A stretch of 63,693 nt of DNA, counting the filler, from Barthelona sp. PAP020 (lineage: Eukaryota): NCBI GenBank assembly GCA_040182905.1. It is 4 parts of 4 records of this genome, joined end to end, with 100 filler letters (N's around TTAATTAATTAA, not from the genome) between each part and the next. Parts side by side here need not be neighbours in the genome. Positions count along the whole stretch, not along the records: positions 31,939 to 47,776 come from JARQWU010000272.1; positions 47,877 to 63,693 come from JARQWU010000273.1; 2 more parts are not named here. One strand, written 5' to 3'. Position 1 is the first letter of the stretch. The number at the start of each line of letters is the position of its first letter. Under the pieces are notes generated by a model. It saw only the letters and a program-made list of their open reading frames with translations. It did not search any database and was not told where the DNA came from. The position numbers and the translations under genes are program-made. Positions 43,382-53,365 of this stretch are shown one piece after another.

Positions 43382-46300
43382 ATGGAAGATTTTTTTGATG
43401 ACGATTTTGATGATGATTTTGGAGATGATTTTAATGATGCCAATGATTATAAAAGTGAAACACAAAATAGATTAGAAGAATTACTGAGTAATCCCCCTTC
43501 AAGTGAATCTACTAGAATAAAAGTAGAGTCCAATAAAAATTCAAATGTAAAAAAGAATAATAGTATGGATGTTATTCATAGGGATAGTTCGAAAATCAAG
43601 GAGAGACCACGTAGTGCTGATTCTGTACAGTCTTCACTTTCAAATTCACCTTCTATTTCAAAAATTCCAAAACCAAGATTAAATATTCCAATGAGTGATT
43701 ATGAAGATAATAAAAAAAGTGATATTAAAAATGATAAATATCATGCGGTTAAATCTACTAGGTCTACTAAATCAATCAAACCAATTAAATCAACACGTTC
43801 TTCCAAATCTAACACGTCAAAAAGTTCAAATGATTTGAGTATAAAGTTGAATGATTCACCTACATCTGATAAAATAAATCATCATGATTCAACTCACACT
43901 CCAAATGCTTCAAAAATGGAAAATAATTTTCCAATTTCAAAGCCAAGTTCTTCAAAAACCAACAAACACAGATCTAAACCCTCTTCTTTATCTTCTAGAC
44001 GTGCTATTTATTCACGTTCAACTGATGGAGAATTGAATACTTTAAGAAAAAAAATGGACATTTATCAGAGAGAAAACAGAGCTTTGAGAGACAAGTTACA
44101 ATCTCTTAGTTTTGGAGTAGATAAAATAACTCAACTTGATAATTTAGTTGCGGAGAAAGATGCTACCATTCAACAATTGAAGAAGGAGAACAAGACCTTA
44201 CAAAAAGTAATGAGAACTCAAGAGAAAGAACTGGCTAAACCTAATGGCAGGGATGAAGATATTGGACATCTTGTAAATGAAATTAAAGCATTAACCAGTA
44301 ATTATAGAAATGCTCAAAAACGTTTAAATGAATTGAGAGAAAGAAATCATGAGATATTAGCTCACAATGAGGATTTAAAAAGTGCAAATAATGCATTTCG
44401 AAAAGTGTTGGAAGTGCATAATATTGATGTTGATGTACCATTAAAACAAACAGAAACAGTTGATGTTTATGCAAGAATTAAAACACTTGAAAAACACATT
44501 GGTGAATTATCCAAAACTGTTGAAAATAGAAATGCAAAGATTTACGCTTTGGAAAAAGCAAAAGTCAGTGTTGAAGATAGGCTAAAAGGAGAGTTGAATA
44601 TAATGTATGAAAAAATAGCCGAAAAAGATCTGGAAATTACCACTTTACAAGCGCAATTGCAAGAAGCTGTCAGAGAATCAAGAAATCATACACCTGCTTT
44701 GACAAGGCATAGTCCTTTAAAAAAAGTTAACATTCAAAAAGAAATTAAATCAGAGAAAAAGAACAAAGAAGAAGAACAACATGTTAATTTGAAGATAGAT
44801 TTGGAAAAGAAACACCTAAAAAATAAAGATATAGAAAAGAAAATATCCAAAGAAACAGATGCAAAAGATTCAGATGGAGAAATAGAAAAAAGCAAAGGTA
44901 AAAAAAGAAGACAATCAAGAGACAAAGGGAAACATAAAGAAAAGAAATCTGCTAGACAACATAAATCTGCTAGACGCAAATCGAAAAGTAATGAAATAGA
45001 ATGTGAAGAGGAAGAAGCAAATTTGAAAAATAAACAAGACAATTTAATTGATTCTGCACATTCTGATCTTGTTGTTGATAAGACTTTTTTAACGAATGGA
45101 GATATTCCTTCCATTGAAGAAGATTCAGATCATAAGAATATCAAGATTACAGTTTCTACACCACTGACATCAAAAAATAGTACAAATGTTGATACTATTA
45201 TTGATTCCATTGATATTCCTATTTTAGAAAAAGAAACTCCGGGTAAAATTAGTATTGATCAGCAATCTGTCGTGTCAAACAATGACATTGACACCCACGA
45301 AAATTCAGAGAAATTTTTGGAAGTTCCTGAATTTGGAGACATTGATAATGAAGCCAATTTAATGTACAACGCTTCAATGCCTTCCGAAGAAAAAGAAAAA
45401 CAAAACAAAGTTGATTTGATAAATGAAGAAATAATTGATTCAACAGATTTTGACAATGTTGAATTGGAAACTGTTGAAAAACAAAATGTTGAAGAAACCG
45501 AAATTTCAAATTCGTTTAATAAACCTCCATTACCTATTTTAAGTGCTAAGAGTAATCAATCGAACACTAGAATTGGAAGTTCAAATAGTTCTCATGATTT
45601 TCGTAAAGTGTCAAATGTAAATAGCACTGATAATGGATTTATGAGGGAGAATGGTTTCAAGAGGGAGAATAACAATGATTCCAATCAAATCACTGCAGAT
45701 GTAGCAAATCATTATTCTGATGGTTTTTCAGATAATCTTTTTGGAGACAATGATCTTTTTGGTCAATCTAACTCAAATAGTCTTTTTGGCAATGAAATTT
45801 CAGATAATAAAATTAGTGTAAGCAGAGCAAACCGGTTTGGCAGTATGGATAGTGAAACAACCACTGGAAATAAGGAAAAAAAAATCAATTCTTTGTTTTC
45901 TTCAGACGATAATAATGTTGGTTCACTCTTTGGAAATTCTCATAGTGATGGTCTTTTTACTTCTCAACCCGAGAAGCCCCCTAATGATTCTTCTTCCAGC
46001 AATTTGTTCAATACTGATGTAAACTCATTGTTTAATGATGATCTTCAAACAAACACCCTTCAAAAGGAAACACCTGAAAAAACAGCAGAAAAAAATGGAA
46101 ACTCAAATTTTGAAGGTGTTTCTAACAATATTTTAGGCGATTTGTTTTCAGATTCAACAAATGACAATTCAAACACTTCAAAAATTTCAAACAATTCAAA
46201 TAATTTAGTTTTAGAACCTTTGGATGATATTATTTCTACCACATCAAAGAAATCAATGAGTAAAATTGATAACAAATCAGATTTTGGCAGTCTATTTGGT

Positions 46301-46456
46301 GAATCAAATGATGATTTTTTTAGTGGGTTTGATAACAAAAAAATAAGTGCAGGAAGCAATAATAAGGGGTTTTTAGATGATATATCTATTAAAAAAACGA
46401 GTAATAATGGAAATAATCTTTTTGGTAATGATGGGTTGGATGATTTTTTTATGTGA
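43382..46456 (+). CDS. Lebercilin (LCA5)-domain-like coiled-coil protein with long acidic LF-motif tail
   Basis: KITQLDNLVAE...LKKENKTLQKVMRTQEKEL...NEIKAL resembles lebercilin (KINELQNEV...LKENKSLKRLQYRQEKAL...NEITAL); C-terminal low-complexity N/S/D region. Confidence 0.6.
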   Translation: MEDFFDDDFDDDFGDDFNDANDYKSETQNRLEELLSNPPSSESTRIKVESNKNSNVKKNNSMDVIHRDSSKIKERPRSADSVQSSLSNSPSISKIPKPRLNIPMSDYEDNKKSDIKNDKYHAVKSTRSTKSIKPIKSTRSSKSNTSKSSNDLSIKLNDSPTSDKINHHDSTHTPNASKMENNFPISKPSSSKTNKHRSKPSSLSSRRAIYSRSTDGELNTLRKKMDIYQRENRALRDKLQSLSFGVDKITQLDNLVAEKDATIQQLKKENKTLQKVMRTQEKELAKPNGRDEDIGHLVNEIKALTSNYRNAQKRLNELRERNHEILAHNEDLKSANNAFRKVLEVHNIDVDVPLKQTETVDVYARIKTLEKHIGELSKTVENRNAKIYALEKAKVSVEDRLKGELNIMYEKIAEKDLEITTLQAQLQEAVRESRNHTPALTRHSPLKKVNIQKEIKSEKKNKEEEQHVNLKIDLEKKHLKNKDIEKKISKETDAKDSDGEIEKSKGKKRRQSRDKGKHKEKKSARQHKSARRKSKSNEIECEEEEANLKNKQDNLIDSAHSDLVVDKTFLTNGDIPSIEEDSDHKNIKITVSTPLTSKNSTNVDTIIDSIDIPILEKETPGKISIDQQSVVSNNDIDTHENSEKFLEVPEFGDIDNEANLMYNASMPSEEKEKQNKVDLINEEIIDSTDFDNVELETVEKQNVEETEISNSFNKPPLPILSAKSNQSNTRIGSSNSSHDFRKVSNVNSTDNGFMRENGFKRENNNDSNQITADVANHYSDGFSDNLFGDNDLFGQSNSNSLFGNEISDNKISVSRANRFGSMDSETTTGNKEKKINSLFSSDDNNVGSLFGNSHSDGLFTSQPEKPPNDSSSSNLFNTDVNSLFNDDLQTNTLQKETPEKTAEKNGNSNFEGVSNNILGDLFSDSTNDNSNTSKISNNSNNLVLEPLDDIISTTSKKSMSKIDNKSDFGSLFGESNDDFFSGFDNKKISAGSNNKGFLDDISIKKTSNNGNNLFGNDGLDDFFM

Positions 46457-46752
46457 TAAATCAAGCAAGTAAAAAATGTTTTTCATCAAATGTTTGGAAA
46501 ACAGATTAATGTTATTTATTTGAGTTTCTTTTTTATTGGTCATTTATTGTAAAATTTATTTTTCTTTTATTTGAATAAACATATATATATTATGTAATTT
46601 CACAGTATTCATGCATTCAAATGCAACAAATACAATAATTTTGAATAATGAGAAATAAAAAGAAGAAAAAAAAAAGGAATTTTGCAAAATCCCTCAAAAC
46701 AGTACTGTTGTAATCAAAAGAAAGATTAATATCACAAATTTACACACTATTG

Positions 46753-47181
46753 TTACTTCTTGTATTGGTCGAAATAGCCAAGGATACCATCACAAGCTTC
46801 ATGAAGAGGAGTAGCATTTAATCCAGGAGGTGCATTTTCCTTAGGAGCTTCATAAACAACACAAGTAATCTTACCATCTCTAACTCCATAAAGACCTTCA
46901 CCACCCTTACGACAATAGAATCTGGGTCTTTCATCTTCATCATCCATTCCATCAGGATCAGCCATAACAATCATGAATTTACCACCAGCTAAATTGATGT
47001 AAGAACCGACCTTACTGGATTCATAGGCACTAACAATCTTCTTACCAGTGTCATTATCGGCTGGGTTGAGGTATGCAGAAGTGGTGCACCACATGGTTCC
47101 ATTTTCATCAAAAATAGAAATACCTTGAACAGTGGGGAAATATTGATGAATTTGAGCAATATAAGTATTCCAATCAGACAT
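46753..47181 (-). CDS. Profilin (divergent)
   Basis: MSDWNTYI, SIFDENGTMWC, INLAGGKFMIV, RKGGEG, C-terminal ILGYF; 142 aa with strongly biased codons. Confidence 0.85.
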   Translation of the reverse strand: MSDWNTYIAQIHQYFPTVQGISIFDENGTMWCTTSAYLNPADNDTGKKIVSAYESSKVGSYINLAGGKFMIVMADPDGMDDEDERPRFYCRKGGEGLYGVRDGKITCVVYEAPKENAPPGLNATPLHEACDGILGYFDQYKK

Positions 47182-47183
47182 TA

Positions 47184-47247
47184 CTATTAAGGTTAGTACA
47201 AAGTATAAACACTATAGTTGAAATATATAATTATTCAAAAAACATAC
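47184..47247 (-). other. Probable 64-nt intron in the profilin 5' UTR
   Basis: Minus strand reads GTATGT...TACTAAC-CTTAATAG, then TA-ATG: canonical donor, perfect branch point, and an AG 2 nt before the start codon. Confidence 0.75.
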
Positions 47248-47776
47248 TGAATTTGACAATACAATAAAAAGAAAATACAGTTTAAAGATTGTTTACTTTT
47301 TTTTTTTTCAAATTTCTTTTTTTAAAATTTTTTTGTCAAGGTGATGTTTTCATTGTATTTTATAAAAAAACAACAGAAAAAGCAGGTTTTTTTGCAAAAT
47401 GAACAAAATCATGTTTTGAGTTCATTGACTTGGTTTTAATGCTTTCTTTATTGAAATATCACCAAAAACCCAGTCTACAAGGTCAATTATCTCATTTAAT
47501 TAAAAGTGTTTCAATTGTTTGCTTCTTTGAATGAGATAATTCAATTCAAATTCTTTCAAATTCATTGATGTTCAGCGTTTGATTTTAGATTTTGTCACAT
47601 GTTTGAATAATGTAACTTCTTTAAAGAAAAATTTATTTTCAAATGCTCAAAAAATCAAATGAAAACAGTTGAAAACATAAAATAAATGAAAATGACAAAC
47701 TAATTTACGAAAAGGAAAAAAAAATGAATTTCTGAGGATAACAATGCCGTAAAGTAATACTACTTCCTTCAAAGAA

Positions 47777-47876
47777 NNNNNNNNNNNNNNNNNNNNNNNN
47801 NNNNNNNNNNNNNNNNNNNNTTAATTAATTAANNNNNNNNNNNNNNNNNNNNNNNNNNNNNNNNNNNNNNNNNNNN
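47777..47876. other. Artificial contig spacer
   Basis: N44-TTAATTAATTAA-N44. Confidence 0.98.
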
Positions 47877-47904
47877 CAACCCCCCTCGAACAAAAAAATT
47901 AAAA

Positions 47905-47990
47905 ACTTCAGCACTCCGTATTCCCAGGCCCTCGCGGATCCTAGTACTGACGGAGCTTTAGAAGGCTTAACTTCCGAATTCGGGATAGAG
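47905..47990 (-). rRNA. 5S rRNA, 5'-truncated copy (approx. nt 33-120)
   Basis: Minus strand CCCGAATTCGGAAGTTAAGC...GCTCCGTCAGTACTAGGAT...GAGGGCCTGGGAATACGGAGTGCTGAAG followed by a T-run matches eukaryotic 5S, with helix CTCCG/CGGAG. The upstream bases cannot form helices I-III. Confidence 0.9.
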
Positions 47991-48530
47991 TTTGGTTCTG
48001 CTGTTTTACCCAAATTGTGGATGTTGGAAAGGTTGAGTTGTTTAGAGCAAGCGTTTAGAGCAGTTTTAACTAGTTTTAATAGATCATTGTGAATTGTTTC
48101 GGAAAAATTAAGCTGGTGTCAATTGCATTTTGTAAGATTGATCCAATCAATTTTTACCAATTTTTACTAATTTTTCAACTCATTCACTCATTTTTCAACT
48201 TATTCACTCATTTCTCTCAGTCATTTCACACCCACTCTTCAACTTATTCTTTTCTCATTTTCTTTTCTTCTCATTCTCTTCTCACGCTTTCTCACTCACA
48301 CTTTTCTAGCAAACCGTCATTCTTCCCAAAATGTCAGCTCCACCTGAATCCTCATGCCAATCTAATCCTCAGAAAAGCAAATATTCACTCTTTTACTATC
48401 AATTCAACTCTTCAATCTTCACATCACATATGTTAAAACCCAAACTCACTTCATCTTTTGCCACTCATCTCACATGTCTCCACTTCACAACTGTCTCAAA
48501 CACATGTCTCACGACCATCAGCAGCAAATT

Positions 48531-48664
48531 TGCATGCTCTACAACAAAGTCCCCACTCTGGCGGAATGAAATGGAGCTGCCAAGCGAAGCTGGCATCGCG
48601 TAGCAAGCGGAGCAACGCGAAGCGAAGTGCAGCGACAGAGGGGGACTTCGTGGTCGAGCATGCA
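48531..48664. repeat. GC-rich fold-back: ~30-bp imperfect inverted repeat enclosing four GCGNAGC mini-hairpins
   Basis: Arms TGCATGCTCTACAACAAAGTCCCCACTCTG (48531-48560) and CAGAGGGGGACTTCGTGGTCGAGCATGCA (48636-48664). GCGAAGC 48584, GCGTAGC 48598, GCGGAGC 48607, GCGAAGC 48617. Confidence 0.9.
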
Positions 48665-50093
48665 TGAGCTTATTCATCCCACCCCCACCTCCAAAAATTT
48701 TCAAAAAAATCCTTTCCCTTATTTGTTTTCCAAGTGACTCACACTGAATGTATTTCTTTTTTATTTTTTTTTGCCATCCCCCTGTGGCTGTTTTTTGAAA
48801 AAGAGTCGCATCCCCCTTTCATTCGCAAAATGCACATGTATGATCCAGTTTCTCTCTTGAGCAAAAATACACTGCCCCTGTGCGTTTGAAAAAAAAAAGT
48901 CTGTCTCTGTCAACTTTTGAATTTTTTGTCAACAGATTTCCTCCTCACTATTTCGGGTCACCTTTGCGTGTCATCAACAATCTCTCAGAACAAGATTTAA
49001 TCTCAAACAACCAGAACAATTTCGTCCAAAATTTCCCAAACACACTTTTTTCCAAAAGCTCAATTTCCAGCATTCACAGCCACTCATTCAAATTTGAACA
49101 CTTTGGGGGTTTGCTGAACAAAACTCTGATCTAAAATGCCTCCAAAGGGAGACAATCATTTTACATGTTACAATTCGCAAGTTGTTGCTCTTTGCGAGGG
49201 GACATCAAGTGAATCCCCTCAATATAGCAATCATAAAGGTGTACCAATGTTTGTAATATTTCCTGCTACTTCTTTATCTGAAATGGGTTTCTTACACAGA
49301 TGAACCCTCATAGAGAGAGATTTGTTTGGAGGCAATTCTTTTCAACAAAGAAAAAAACCCTCCTCTGTGTAAGGACTTCCTCTATCAAAAACACTTTTTT
49401 TTCTTCCTCCACCCAACATTCTTCCAGTTTTTCAAACATTTTCATCATCCGATCCCTCCTTGAAAAGGAAGGTCATCATTGCTCAAGTTTTGTTCCTTTT
49501 TTTGATAGTTGGGAGACTTTTGAAACACCTCAAAATCGAAGAGAAGCGAGTTCTTTTTCCATTCAAAATCAGTTTGAAACTTTTGTAAAAGCCATTTTAC
49601 ATATTCAAACACTCATTATTTTGATGTTTTTCAAGGGCATGGGATGAATAGTTTTTATCAAATCAAAGCAACATCGTATCTTTGTCACTTTTGATTATCA
49701 ATGGGAATTTGGTCAAGCATTTCTTTAACTCAAAATAACAGCACATTGTCAACAAAATAATAAAGGACAAATTGTTAATCACAAAAAGAAACGATAAACA
49801 GCATTTTCACAATAGCAGAATGTTTCAAACTCTCTAAGAAAAAAAGAAATTAAATCATCCATTTAAACACTTAAAATCAAATTTTACTTCACTAAGCAAC
49901 AAACATTTTCAGCAATCTCAAAAAAAAACTAAAACAAAGGAAAATACATTTAAAACATTTGTACAACATTATCAACTGTTAACATTTGAGTTTCATTGTC
50001 TGTTCAAAACATTGATATTTCAAGGGAAGCACAAAATTCTCTATTTAGTGAAAAGACAATATTGTTCCTTTTTTCATTTATTAACATTGGTAT

Positions 50094-51299
50094 ATGGCTG
50101 TTAATTTAGATGTTGAATTAATAGAGAAAACCATTCATGATATGTTTCCTCAAAAAATTGAAGAATGCAGTTCAACAGAAATTGCAGATACTTTTACAAG
50201 TTACATGTATGATTGTTGTTACTTACTGAATGGTAAATATTTTGTGATTTGTGGCAGTAGTGAAGCACAGATTTTTGATGCAGAAACTGGAATCTTACAT
50301 CACACTCTGAAAGATCACACAAACAGTATTTTTGGGCTTGCAGTTTCACCAGATGGAAAAAAATTAGCAACATGTTCTGGTGATATGTCTATTATTGTGT
50401 ATGACCTTTGTGATTTCTCCATTTGTTGTATGTTAAGTAATAACACATATGTTTTTGGCATTTGTTTTTCTTCCTGCTCAAACTTTATATACTCTGGTGA
50501 TCTTGATGGAACCCTTAAGAAATGGGAAATAAAGAAAGAGAGTGTTATTTTAGAAGACAAGATTCATTTCAGTTGGATTTGGAGAATAAAACTTTCCTCA
50601 AATGGTAAATATCTTTTGTCTTCCAGTGGTGATAAAACTGCCAAAATGATTGACCTTGATAAATGGTCAATTATCAGCACATTCAATCATGATGGATTCA
50701 TTAGATGCATTGATTTTCATCCAAACAAAAGAATTGTTGCTATTGGTGATGAGTCAAACTATGTTAAGCTCTGGGATATTGACAGTGGATTATCTCTTTA
50801 TTCAATTCAAATGAGTGGTGAAGTTTGGTCACTTCATTTTTTAGCACCTAACTTTCTTTTTATTATGTCTGGTAATGGCTTTATTGCCTCATATAATGTT
50901 GATTCTTTTCAAGAGATTCAAAGAATTTCTTGTGGTTGCAAAGGATCCAGCTTTTTCTTTGCATTATCCCCTGATGGAAGCCAATTGGTATGTGGAAAAT
51001 GCAAGGCGAACAGCGTAAAATTGTATCCCATTATGCCTGAATATCACCCTTCCCAGCAATCTGAGCTCATTGAATTATCAAAGAATGATGGTCATGTGTT
51101 GGGGATTCTTATTGCTATGAATTTTAACACTCAAATTGTTCGACAGTTGGTAACTGCAGGCATTCATATTAATGAGAAAGAGTTTGGGATGATTTTTGAT
51201 ACATGTTGGGATTTGGTAGATATTAATGAAACTAATGGGGGTAACATGTACACCTTTGCAGACACTCTGGATGAACCAAGTGTGGATACTGATTGGTAA
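50094..51299 (+). CDS. WD40-repeat protein with ~85-aa C-terminal extension
   Basis: HTNSIFGLAVSPDGKKLATCSGDMSIIVYD, SGDLDGTLKKWE, SSSGDKTAKMID, VKLWD; about 7 blades. Confidence 0.92.
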   Translation: MAVNLDVELIEKTIHDMFPQKIEECSSTEIADTFTSYMYDCCYLLNGKYFVICGSSEAQIFDAETGILHHTLKDHTNSIFGLAVSPDGKKLATCSGDMSIIVYDLCDFSICCMLSNNTYVFGICFSSCSNFIYSGDLDGTLKKWEIKKESVILEDKIHFSWIWRIKLSSNGKYLLSSSGDKTAKMIDLDKWSIISTFNHDGFIRCIDFHPNKRIVAIGDESNYVKLWDIDSGLSLYSIQMSGEVWSLHFLAPNFLFIMSGNGFIASYNVDSFQEIQRISCGCKGSSFFFALSPDGSQLVCGKCKANSVKLYPIMPEYHPSQQSELIELSKNDGHVLGILIAMNFNTQIVRQLVTAGIHINEKEFGMIFDTCWDLVDINETNGGNMYTFADTLDEPSVDTDW

Positions 51300-51626
51300 A
51301 AAACGATTGTCATTTAATGATTTGATGGATGTAAATAAATACTTTGAAATTGTTTGTTTGACACGAACTACCCCTTGTTAAGGGTTGAAGTTCTGTTTTT
51401 TGTCGAGTTTTTACGTTCACTCTTTTTAGTTTTGTTTAATATCACCCTGTTTTGCAGACATCCTTCATTTTAATAATTGTTAGTTGGGAATGTTGTGAAA
51501 CAATTATATTTATTCAGTCAAATCCCCTCGCATAAATTGAGAAACTGAACTTTAATTTTGACGATAAAGTTGAAAATTGTAGAGAAATTTTCCTATCCCT
51601 GTTTCTTCTTTTGTATTTTTGCAAAG

Positions 51627-52489
51627 TTATTCAAGGCAAAGAAGCATTGTGCGTATGAGTGAACAAAAAATAATGGTATTTATTTGTTTAAAGGCTCTGT
51701 TGAAAACTTTAAAATTTTGCAAAAATACAAAAGAAAAAGGAGCATAAAGTTCTTTTTCAGAGGTACAAACTGGATCCACACAACAGAATTTTAGTGTGGA
51801 TTCCTCACACCCTGAGTTTTGGCTGAAATTTACTGAAGGGAATCTTTGGGTTTTCTTTCACTGTTAATAAGTTTATGTCACTACTGGACCAAAGTACCAG
51901 CTCACTTTTATCTTTTCTCAAGATTATGATACCTATTGTTGGAATCCAATACAACAAGAACAAAAAATATTGATAATAAATGATGTTGCTTTTATTTAAA
52001 TAAATTGAAAGTTGTCACATTAACAACACTGTAGGCTCATTGAAGAAATGAAAAATGATTCTTCAATGGAAGAAAAAAAGAAAATTTGGTGAATACATAT
52101 CGCTCTTGCACTTTCAATTTGTGAATTTCGTGAGTAAAAATTTGTAAATACCATCACTATATCAACAAATCTGTGAAAATTAATTGGAAGAATGTCTTTT
52201 GTTAAAAATATTCGAACCAAGATCAATTATAACAAACTTTCATAATTGTGCGCCATTTTCACAATGTTTAAATCAATATCAAAAGCTTAATTCGCTGCAT
52301 CAATTCGAAAAAGGAAATCTCAAGAAAGAATTAAATAATATTGTGAAGAGATCTCCACAAACCAGGCAATCAACCATCGAATTTCATTTTGCCACCAACT
52401 AAATTAAAATAATGCCTGATTTGAGGGATAAATATTGGATATCCAAAGAGAAATGATAATTTTGAACCTTTTTATTTCTTTTGTTGACA
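51627..52489 (+). repeat. Ankyrin-cassette upstream repeat, copy 2
   Basis: Aligns with 29309-30220 (e.g. AATTCGCTGCATCAATTCGAAAAAGGAAATCTCAAGAAAGAATTAAAT identical). Confidence 0.88.
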
Positions 52490-53365
52490 ATGGTTGTTAA
52501 CACTGCAGTTGAGGAAACTGATCCTTATGTTAAGTATAATATGGATCAGGTTGTTGTTTCGGATGGGTTCGATGTGGATGGATTTGAAGATAATGGTCGA
52601 CCAAAGAAGATCTATCCTGCAGCATGTGATTGTAATCTTGAGGTTGTCATGCAGTGTATCAAAGCTGGTGTTGATGTGAACAAACAAGGTAAGGAAGGAA
52701 GGACATCGCTTTGGGGAGCTGCTTTTAATGGGCATACAGAAGTTGTTGAGTTTTTGTTGGATTTTGGCGCTGAAGTTAGTTTGTGCAATAATAACGGTGC
52801 TTCTCCATTATATGTTTGTTGTCAAAATGGTCATCTTGATGTTGCTAAAATTCTTTTAGATCATGGGGCTGATATTAATTTGTGTCCTAATGATGGTAGT
52901 TCTCCATTGTACGTCAGTTGTCAAAATGGTCATTTTGATGTTGCCATAATGCTCTTGGATCATGGGGCTGATGTTAATTTGTGTGATAATAATGGTGCTT
53001 CTCCATTGTACATCAGTTGTCAACAAGGACATCTTGATGTTGCCATAATGCTCTTAGATTATGGGGCTGATATTAATTTATGTGATAATATTGGTACTTC
53101 TCCATTGTACATCAGTTGTGAACAAGGTCATCTTGATGTTGCCAAAATGCTATTGGATTATGGGTCAAACGTTAATTTATGTACGGATAGTGCTTCTGCA
53201 TTGTATGTCAGTTGTCAAAATGGTCACCTTGACTTAGTCAAACTTCTATTAGATCATGGAGCCGATGTGAATCTCAAATTTCAACAAAAATGGACACCAA
53301 TGGATATTGCCAGAAATGTAGGTCATTCCAAAATTGTACAATTTCTCCAGCCCTTCTACAATTGA
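52490..53365 (+). CDS. Ankyrin-repeat protein (8 repeats incl. C-cap), paralogue of the 30221 gene
   Basis: Same N-terminus (NTAVEETD.YVKYNMD.VVV.DGF.VDGFE), five core GxSxLYxxCxxGH units and capping repeat WTPMDIARNVGHSKIVQFL. Confidence 0.95.
   Translation: MVVNTAVEETDPYVKYNMDQVVVSDGFDVDGFEDNGRPKKIYPAACDCNLEVVMQCIKAGVDVNKQGKEGRTSLWGAAFNGHTEVVEFLLDFGAEVSLCNNNGASPLYVCCQNGHLDVAKILLDHGADINLCPNDGSSPLYVSCQNGHFDVAIMLLDHGADVNLCDNNGASPLYISCQQGHLDVAIMLLDYGADINLCDNIGTSPLYISCEQGHLDVAKMLLDYGSNVNLCTDSASALYVSCQNGHLDLVKLLLDHGADVNLKFQQKWTPMDIARNVGHSKIVQFLQPFYN

Noticed and set aside
9751..47340. TTGACA/TGTCAA hexamers in several upstream regions (9751, 11465, 11484, 13898, 24551, 32560, 47253)
   Set aside because: Could be a promoter motif, but it is expected often at this base composition and enrichment cannot be shown without counting. 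Not bacterial -35 boxes, since the genes are eukaryotic.
47825..48013. 62-aa ORF MGKTAEPNSIPNSEVKPSKAPSVLG
   Set aside because: Spurious translation of the 5S rRNA sequence running into the spacer.
48546..48650. AAAGTCCCC...GGGGACT resembling the RNase MRP/P P4 helix
   Set aside because: Pairing is part of a continuous 30-bp stem, lacks the bulged U of P4, and no P1-P3 context is seen. An Rfam scan would settle it.
48458..48704. Opposite-strand ORFs both containing GDFVVEHA
   Set aside because: A by-product of the inverted repeat, not evidence of coding.
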